64,000 nucleotides of DNA from Bacillota bacterium. Its GTDB lineage: Bacteria; Bacillota; Sulfobacillia; Fermentithermobacillales; Fermentithermobacillaceae. Location of the stretch: positions 432,065-496,064 of the forward strand of contig JAXGPX010000001.1 in assembly GCA_040766745.1 (NCBI GenBank), in the 5' to 3' direction. Made by a program: the position numbers and the translations under genes. Below are positions 58,101 to 64,000 of the stretch, piece after piece. How positions within the stretch are numbered: the first letter of the stretch is position 1; every line of letters starts with the position of its first letter. The notes beneath the pieces are model-generated. The model was given only the letters and a program-made list of their open reading frames with translations, did not search any database and was not told the origin of the DNA.

Positions 58101-58418
58101 CTATGCTCCGTGTATATCCAGGATTTTTCCTTTTGTGGGATGGGGAGATGTTTTCTCTCTCTTGTTTCTGCCGTGTTTGTGTTTTCCGGTTAAAGAACCT
58201 TCTGTGGCTGAGCCCTGGCTGTCTTGTGTATCAGTATCTACCGTTGTTTCGGCAACCTCAGAACTTTCTGAAACGATCTTGGTTTTTTCAGCAATTTCCC
58301 TTGAAAAGGCCAGTGACTGTACCTGAGTCTGCATGTCGCCCTGTCTGGCGGCAGTGTCGGCCAGTTTTGCTATGTCTGGGGACTTGGGAAGCCCGGCTAC
58401 AGCGTCAATCGGTCTCAT
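58101..58418 (-). CDS. Hypothetical small protein (105 aa) at the end of the flagellar/sigD block
   Basis: The ATG at 58418 has GGAGTGAGG 4 nt upstream and overlaps the last 14 nt of the DUF342 gene. The middle of the protein is acidic and the tail is strongly basic (KHKHGRNKREK). No family recognised. Confidence 0.5.
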   Translation of the reverse strand: MRPIDAVAGLPKSPDIAKLADTAARQGDMQTQVQSLAFSREIAEKTKIVSESSEVAETTVDTDTQDSQGSATEGSLTGKHKHGRNKREKTSPHPTKGKILDIHGA

Positions 58419-59778
58419 TGTGCCTCACTCCGACTTCAACCTTATGTTCCGGGCAGGAGAATTCAACTGTATCAAGCCCTGCTGCCACAGTAGTGCCTGG
58501 CAGCACCAGTTTAGCACGGAAATACCCTTGCCCGGATTTCTTAATGGAATTCTCCAACGATGCCAGTCTTGCATAGAGCTCCTTTTCTCTATCTTCGAAG
58601 AGTACGCCCATTCTTTGAAGGCGAAGATTATCGAGTTCAAGTTGATCTTGTTTCGCTCTCCGGCTGATGCCGGTGCGCTTGATCCTGCTTATTTCGGCTC
58701 TTAGTGCAGATATCTCCTTCTTGAGCCTTGCCAACTCTCTGCGTATTTTAGGGCTGGCACCTACTTCAACTACAGTTGAAATGCCCATGGTTGAACCGGC
58801 GGAATAGGCTGATACGCCAATCCCGGCCCTGATTAGCCCCCCTACTATGCGGCCTCTATCTTTACTGAGTTTCAGTTCTCGCTCGGTTTCCACAACGCTG
58901 TGCATAATCGATTCAGCAATAGCAACGTCACCATAAGCACGAACTACAGAGTTTTCACAGAACCTGGCAGATACCGATCCACCGGACTCTACAATCTCCC
59001 CAGGGGCATTTATCCCCCCCTCAACAGCAATACTTCCCGCACACGACGCTGAACCAGACAAGTTGCCTGTTACAATCAAAGATCCCCATGATGAAACCTG
59101 GAATCCCTGAAGTACATCGCCTTTTACCGTGAGGTTTCCAGGAAAGGCAATGTTGCCTGTTTCAGGGCCTATGTTCCCTATAACCTCAAAGCGGCCCATT
59201 ATTCCGGGTATCTGGTTGTCGACATATGGAACACCTGACGTAGACGCTATTATGTATTTACCATCCCTTGAAGGCGAAGAATTCGGGCCGCACCTAAGAA
59301 ACGGCTTTTGAGCAAAGTAAGGGATTTTCTCTCCTGTGACAGTCAACCCGAGACTGCACTTATCAAGATTTCTGACAAAGGCTAGAACTCCTCCTACCCT
59401 TACTGCTCCACGGGCCAAAATCTTATTCCACTCGTCTCTGAAGTTCGGGCCTACTCTCAGTGAGTTAGGAGGCTTGCCCTGGGATTGGCCGAACTTCAAG
59501 ACTATCCTTGGTGGGATCGTACCTTTGCCCGGCTGTTCGTCATGGGGTGGAAGCCCCCAGGCTACTTTATACGGAGTACCCTCATTGCTCAGGAGGCATG
59601 CACGAATTGCAGCGTCAGAAATTCCGAAAACCACACCATGGTTCCTAAGCGCCTCTTTAACGCCGGTAAGGGACCAACAATTAATGTCTTCAAGGGTTAT
59701 CCAGGCAGACATCTTATCCTCAGAGATAGTCACTTGTATGCGTTTTTCGATGCACATTTCCGAGTCCTCCGTCTTCAA
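58405..59778 (-). CDS. DUF342 / FapA-family (flagellar assembly protein A-like) protein
   Basis: A beta-helix-like repeat region (GNIAFPGNLTVKGDV..., GSIAVEGGINAPG...) is followed by a C-terminal coiled coil. Its position directly after fliA is common for FapA-like genes. Confidence 0.78.
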   Translation of the reverse strand: MKTEDSEMCIEKRIQVTISEDKMSAWITLEDINCWSLTGVKEALRNHGVVFGISDAAIRACLLSNEGTPYKVAWGLPPHDEQPGKGTIPPRIVLKFGQSQGKPPNSLRVGPNFRDEWNKILARGAVRVGGVLAFVRNLDKCSLGLTVTGEKIPYFAQKPFLRCGPNSSPSRDGKYIIASTSGVPYVDNQIPGIMGRFEVIGNIGPETGNIAFPGNLTVKGDVLQGFQVSSWGSLIVTGNLSGSASCAGSIAVEGGINAPGEIVESGGSVSARFCENSVVRAYGDVAIAESIMHSVVETERELKLSKDRGRIVGGLIRAGIGVSAYSAGSTMGISTVVEVGASPKIRRELARLKKEISALRAEISRIKRTGISRRAKQDQLELDNLRLQRMGVLFEDREKELYARLASLENSIKKSGQGYFRAKLVLPGTTVAAGLDTVEFSCPEHKVEVGVRHNETD

Positions 59779-59790
59779 GCTATCTGGTTA

Positions 59791-60552
59791 TCATGGGTTT
59801 GCTGAGAAGGAACCTCTGAGTCTGATTACGGCCTTGGTATGGAGCTGTGAAATTCTGGACGGAGAGACGTTCATTATCTTGGCGATTTCCTTTACAGTAA
59901 GGCCTTCATAGTAATACAGAGAGACAACCAATCTTTCTCGTTCAGGCAGCCTCTCAATGGCTTTGGCCAGAGATTCTTTCCTCAAGATCCACTCGGTTTC
60001 ATCAAGAGGATCGGGAGACTTGTCATCTCGGATCTCCGGCGAACGAAAAGTAGTCTCTCCGTCATCTTGATTGCCCCATACATCCTCAAGGGACAGTATT
60101 GCAGATGATGTCATGTCCCGTAACCTCTGGTTGTAGTCTTGGAGGGGTATGTCCAGTTCAGCGGCGATTTCGGAGTCAGAGGCCGACCGGCCGAGGCGGT
60201 TTTCAAGGTTCCTGGTAGTCTCTTCAATGGCCCGGTTCCTGTGGCGAACTGACACAGGAACCCAATCCATGGACCTCAGGCCGTCTATCATGGCTCCTCG
60301 AATCCTGGCAATTGCATATGTTTCAAACTTAACTCCTCTTTGAGGGTCGAACCGTTCCATTGCGTCAAGAAGCCCGAGGCTCCCATATCCTATAAGGTCG
60401 CCTTCATCAACGTTTTTAGGTAGGTTTATTGCTACCCTTCCGGCCACATATTTCACTAGCGGCGCGTAATGGGTTATCAGATTATCCCTGGCAAGCTTGT
60501 CCTTGAGCATTTTATAGCCACGCCACAGATCATCAAGCCTTTTTGGGTCCAT
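59791..60552 (-). CDS. fliA: Flagellar sigma factor FliA/SigD (sigma-28)
   Basis: Sigma-70 family regions 2, 3 and 4 (LITHYAPLVKYVA, YGSLGLLDAMERFD, LTVKEIAKIMNVSPSRISQLH). The ATG at 60552 lies just after the PilZ gene stop. Confidence 0.9.
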   Translation of the reverse strand: MDPKRLDDLWRGYKMLKDKLARDNLITHYAPLVKYVAGRVAINLPKNVDEGDLIGYGSLGLLDAMERFDPQRGVKFETYAIARIRGAMIDGLRSMDWVPVSVRHRNRAIEETTRNLENRLGRSASDSEIAAELDIPLQDYNQRLRDMTSSAILSLEDVWGNQDDGETTFRSPEIRDDKSPDPLDETEWILRKESLAKAIERLPERERLVVSLYYYEGLTVKEIAKIMNVSPSRISQLHTKAVIRLRGSFSANP

Positions 60553-60553
60553 G

Positions 60554-60943
60554 CTATTTGACTTCACCGTGATGTCTCTCCAATCCATCGGTTAGAACAA
60601 CCTGAGCTATTCTATCTCTGTCTTTTGTGGCAACTGACACAAACATAACCGCGGCCTGTGCCTTGCCATTACCCTTGGTAAGCAGTCTGACTACCTCTCC
60701 AATACCAAATACCGGCCCCCCGGGAATGACCAGTTCAAACTCAATCAAGTCGCCTGGCCCGAGTCCTTGAACGTCCATTGGTACCGCGGCCCCGCCTGCT
60801 GAAAGGTTCAGGGTCGACGAATATTGCCAGTCACCCTCTTGATGCCCTGCGGCCCCCTGGGGAATTTTCCTGTACCAAAAAGGATAGTTAGCCTCTGCAC
60901 GGAAATTGAATCGTTTTTGAGCGAAATCACCTTGCTTATTCAC
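60554..60943 (-). CDS. PilZ-domain c-di-GMP receptor (flagellar brake-type context)
   Basis: An RxxxR motif (RFNFR) and a D/NxSxxG motif (NLSAGG). Located between flhA and fliA. Confidence 0.78.
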   Translation of the reverse strand: MNKQGDFAQKRFNFRAEANYPFWYRKIPQGAAGHQEGDWQYSSTLNLSAGGAAVPMDVQGLGPGDLIEFELVIPGGPVFGIGEVVRLLTKGNGKAQAAVMFVSVATKDRDRIAQVVLTDGLERHHGEVK

Positions 60944-62981
60944 TGCTTATCACCCTGACTGCTTCAATATTGGCTCTGTCGTCCAGTTCCTCATATGCAA
61001 CAACCGATATGTCCGGAACTACCCTTGATGCAATTTCGTATACCTGGCTTCGGCACGCTGCCGATGTAAGAAGCACAGGCCTTGGAGCCCGCCTTACCAC
61101 TTCGTTCATACCTGCCTGAATCGACTGCATGATTAGGGAAAGCCTTTCAGAGGAAAGGGCAACATAGGGGCCTCGGTCGCCTCTCCGGGTAGCTTCCAAT
61201 ATTTCATGTTCCAGAGCCGGATCCAGTGTAGCTACAGGAAACGGCCCTTTATCAAGGCCGATTTTTGTGGTAATCAATCTGGCGAGGCTTTCTCGTACCC
61301 GCATTGTCAGATAGTCTGAGTCTTTGGATATTCTTGCGGCATCAGCAATACTTTCTATGATTGTTACCAGGTCCCTGACTGGCACCCCTTCTCTCAGAAG
61401 GTTCTGAAGGACTTTTTGAACGTCTCCAAGTGAGACAAGGTTAGGGATCGTCTCGTCAACACATGAGGCGTCTTCGGCCTTAACAAGGTCTATTAACCGC
61501 TGAGTCTCTTGTCTGGTCAGAAGCAAGTAGGCGTTTTTTCTAAGCACCTCGGTAAGGTGGGTGGCCATTACTGCTGAAGACTCAATGACTGTATAGCCTG
61601 AGGTTTCAGCTTTTTCCCTTTCGGCCTTGGGAATCCACACTACGTCAAGGCCGAATGCCGGTTCTTTACCCGGAATACCCTGTAGTTTGCTGCCGGAAGG
61701 AGCCCCTTCGATGGCCATGAGTCGATCAGGGTACACTTCACCTGTACCGATTTCCACACCTCTAAGGTTTATGCAGTAAGCATTAGGAGCCAACCCTGCA
61801 AAGTTATCCCTGACCCGTACTACAGGTATCAGTATGCCCAATTCAGACGCAAGCTGCCTTCTGACCATAACGATTCTGTCAATAAGGTCGCCTCCTTGAG
61901 AAGGATCGGCTACCGGCAGCAAAGCGAGTCCAAATTCGATTTCAAGCGGATCTACTTTAATTAGGCTCGATGCTGCCTCAGGGCTCTTTTGCTCCTCAAG
62001 CTCTTTTCTGTAGGCTTCTTCCCTTTCTACAGTCTCCTGAGAAACTTTGGATCGAAGAACGGACCTGCCAAGAAACAGCCAGGTTGCCCCCAGTGAAATA
62101 AGTGAGAACTTGGGTAGGCCTGGCACCAGGCTTAGTATGATAAGGGCCCATCCTGTCATTGAAAGCACTTTAGGGGACGATGTAATCTGGCTCACAACGT
62201 CGCTACTTAGGTTTTCTCTCGAAGCGCTCCTTGTTACAATGATGCCTGTAGCACTGGATATTACTAGCGCAGGAAGCTGGCTGACCAATCCGTCGCCTAC
62301 AGTTAGCAAGGCATACCTGTGCCATGCCTCTGCCGCAGGCAAACCATGTTGCAGCATACCCACGCCAAAACCGCCAAGGAGGTTTACCGCCGTTATGACA
62401 AGGCCGGCAATGGCATCTCCTTTTACGAACTTAGACGCACCGTCCATGGCTCCGTAGAAGTCGGCCTCCTGTTCAATTGCCCTCCGGCGTTTCCGTGCAT
62501 CATCTTCTGTGATCAGCCCTGAGTTTAAATCTGCGTCAATGGACATTTGTTTTCCCGGCATGGCATCAAGGGTAAACCGGGCTGCCACTTCTGCAACCCT
62601 CTCGGCTCCTTTTGTGATGACTACAAACTGAATGATTACGAGTATGAGGAAAATGACCAGGCCTACTACCTCATTCCCGCCTACGACAAACTGGCCGAAA
62701 GCTTGAATGATACGCCCTGCCTCGTACCGCAAGAGGATAAGCCTGGTTGAAGATACATTAAGGGCTAATCGGAATAATGTCATGATGAGTAACAGCGATG
62801 GGAATACAGAGAATTCCAAAGGTTCCCTTGTGTACATTGTCAATAGCAAAATGGCTATGGCTATGCTGAAATTGGCGGCTATTAGAATGTCAAGCAAGAA
62901 CGGAGGAAGCGGTACCACCATCATGGCCACTATTAGAACCACCAATATTGATACGATACTGTCTTTTCCCTTACTCAACAT
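60936..62981 (-). CDS. flhA: Flagellar type III export protein FlhA
   Basis: 681 aa with an N-terminal 8-TM domain, the FHIPEP signature region (GAMDGASKFVKGDAIAG) and a C-terminal cytoplasmic domain. Confidence 0.96.
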   Translation of the reverse strand: MLSKGKDSIVSILVVLIVAMMVVPLPPFLLDILIAANFSIAIAILLLTMYTREPLEFSVFPSLLLIMTLFRLALNVSSTRLILLRYEAGRIIQAFGQFVVGGNEVVGLVIFLILVIIQFVVITKGAERVAEVAARFTLDAMPGKQMSIDADLNSGLITEDDARKRRRAIEQEADFYGAMDGASKFVKGDAIAGLVITAVNLLGGFGVGMLQHGLPAAEAWHRYALLTVGDGLVSQLPALVISSATGIIVTRSASRENLSSDVVSQITSSPKVLSMTGWALIILSLVPGLPKFSLISLGATWLFLGRSVLRSKVSQETVEREEAYRKELEEQKSPEAASSLIKVDPLEIEFGLALLPVADPSQGGDLIDRIVMVRRQLASELGILIPVVRVRDNFAGLAPNAYCINLRGVEIGTGEVYPDRLMAIEGAPSGSKLQGIPGKEPAFGLDVVWIPKAEREKAETSGYTVIESSAVMATHLTEVLRKNAYLLLTRQETQRLIDLVKAEDASCVDETIPNLVSLGDVQKVLQNLLREGVPVRDLVTIIESIADAARISKDSDYLTMRVRESLARLITTKIGLDKGPFPVATLDPALEHEILEATRRGDRGPYVALSSERLSLIMQSIQAGMNEVVRRAPRPVLLTSAACRSQVYEIASRVVPDISVVAYEELDDRANIEAVRVISSE

Positions 62982-64000
62982 TAAATTCCCTCCACAGGGG
63001 CTCTACCTGATACCTGGTATACATAGGCTAAGACCTGGGCTACGGCCTGGTACAGTTCTTCAGGGATAAGGTCACCAATATCTGCTGCCCTGTACAATGC
63101 CTGGGCTAAAGGAGGGTCTTCCATTATGTAGATATTGCTCTCTTCAGCCAGGGCTCGTATTCTAAGAGCCAAATTATCCAGGCCTTTTGCCACAACTTTA
63201 GGGGCAGGGTCTTGTTCCATGTCGTATTTGAGTGCCACTGCATAGTGGGTGGGGTTAACTAGGACTACATCAGCTGAAGGCACTTCCTGCATCATTCTTC
63301 GCATGGCAATCCTCCGCTGCCTTTGCCTGATGGCCTGCCTCACTTCGGGCTTGCCTTCAGTATCCTTCATTTCTTCTCTAATCTCCTGATGGCTCATCAT
63401 AAGGCTCTTTTCGTATTCCCACCACTGGTACACATAGTCCAGGGCCCCGATTGCGATTAGCGCTATGCTTGAGTTAATCAAGATCCTCTCAATTGCCCTT
63501 GCTACGATTGCAGTTGATTGCGGTAGGTCAGCAATCATCAGTGCAGATAGCTGGGGCCATACAGACTTGATGGTCCTCCAGGTTACCATGCTAACCAGAA
63601 GAATCTTTGCTATCGATCTTCCAAGTGCCTGAAGAGACCTTCTCGAAAAAATCCGTTTGAACCCCTCCAAAGGATTGAGGCGCTTAAAATCGGGAAGCAG
63701 CAGGTTAGGGTTTGCTGAGAACCCTACCTGAAGAACAGAGGCACCGATTCCGAATACTGTAGCTGCTGCCATTACCGGAAGGCTTGCCAGGCCAAATGTA
63801 AGAAGTACATCGGCCATTGCTTTCGACGCCCACTCTATGCTTGGCTCAGGGGGTATTGAAGCTGACCATATTTCAGATGACTTTCTGGTTATCAGTCCCG
63901 TGCTGAATTTCAGGCTTAATTTCAGAGCGATCACAGCACAAAAGATGCTTACAGCCGAAGTGAGATCTTGGCTGGAAAATACCTGTCCCTTATCCCTGGC
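62981..64000 (-). CDS. flhB: Flagellar type III export protein FlhB (5' end beyond the window)
   Basis: The frame stays open to position 64000 and reads ARDKGQVFSSQDLTSAV, typical of the FlhB N-region. The NPTH autocleavage site (VLVNPTHYAVALKY) is present. Confidence 0.9.
   Translation of the reverse strand, partial: ARDKGQVFSSQDLTSAVSIFCAVIALKLSLKFSTGLITRKSSEIWSASIPPEPSIEWASKAMADVLLTFGLASLPVMAAATVFGIGASVLQVGFSANPNLLLPDFKRLNPLEGFKRIFSRRSLQALGRSIAKILLVSMVTWRTIKSVWPQLSALMIADLPQSTAIVARAIERILINSSIALIAIGALDYVYQWWEYEKSLMMSHQEIREEMKDTEGKPEVRQAIRQRQRRIAMRRMMQEVPSADVVLVNPTHYAVALKYDMEQDPAPKVVAKGLDNLALRIRALAEESNIYIMEDPPLAQALYRAADIGDLIPEELYQAVAQVLAYVYQVSGRAPVEGI

Overview
This is a core-chromosome window (roughly mid-to-high 40s % GC by eye) from an endospore-forming, flagellated Firmicute of Clostridia/Bacilli type. 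I cannot name the species. About 60 genes are packed tightly, mostly on the minus strand, and many junctions are translationally coupled (ATGA/TTGA overlaps). Two blocks match the classical Bacillus subtilis gene order. The first is cinA-(thpR)-recA-recX-rny-(unknown ORF)-ymdB-spoVS at 0.1-7.3 kb. The second is flhB-flhA-(PilZ)-sigD/fliA-(DUF342)-(small ORF)-rpsB-tsf-pyrH-frr-uppS-cdsA-(ytvI-like)-dxr-rseP-ispG-polC at 46-64 kb. Between them lie:
- a short FtsH paralog with a coupled membrane protein, and several cell-wall enzymes;
- the MrfA/MrfB-like helicase-exonuclease pair, asnS, a UPF0182 membrane protein and an orphan hutU;
- rqcH, pyrR-pyrB-pyrC-pyrK-pyrD, and a type-2 ileS behind an Ile T-box;
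- a sigma-54 enhancer-binding protein, a patatin, ddh, arcC and a folT-type ECF S component.

RNA and regulatory features supported by the sequence are tRNA-Leu(GAG), tRNA-Leu(CAG), the Ile T-box leader, a PyrR-type attenuator, a LexA (Cheo) box at recA, and several terminator hairpins. I found no rRNA, CRISPR array, transposase, integrase or phage gene, and no obvious defense island.

The most unusual observation is that polC, at its canonical locus, has no DEDDh proofreading exonuclease domain. The two PHP halves are joined directly, and the N-terminal region is shortened. Secondary leads:
- an unclassified GC-rich structured intergenic element upstream of folT;
- an uncharacterised ORF wedged between rny and ymdB;
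- a hairpin-anchored short FtsH paralog coupled to an unknown membrane protein;
- a flagellar block lacking flhF/flhG/che genes;
- an orphan sigma-54 activator with an atypical sensor region.

All homology statements come from motif recognition by eye. No database search was run.
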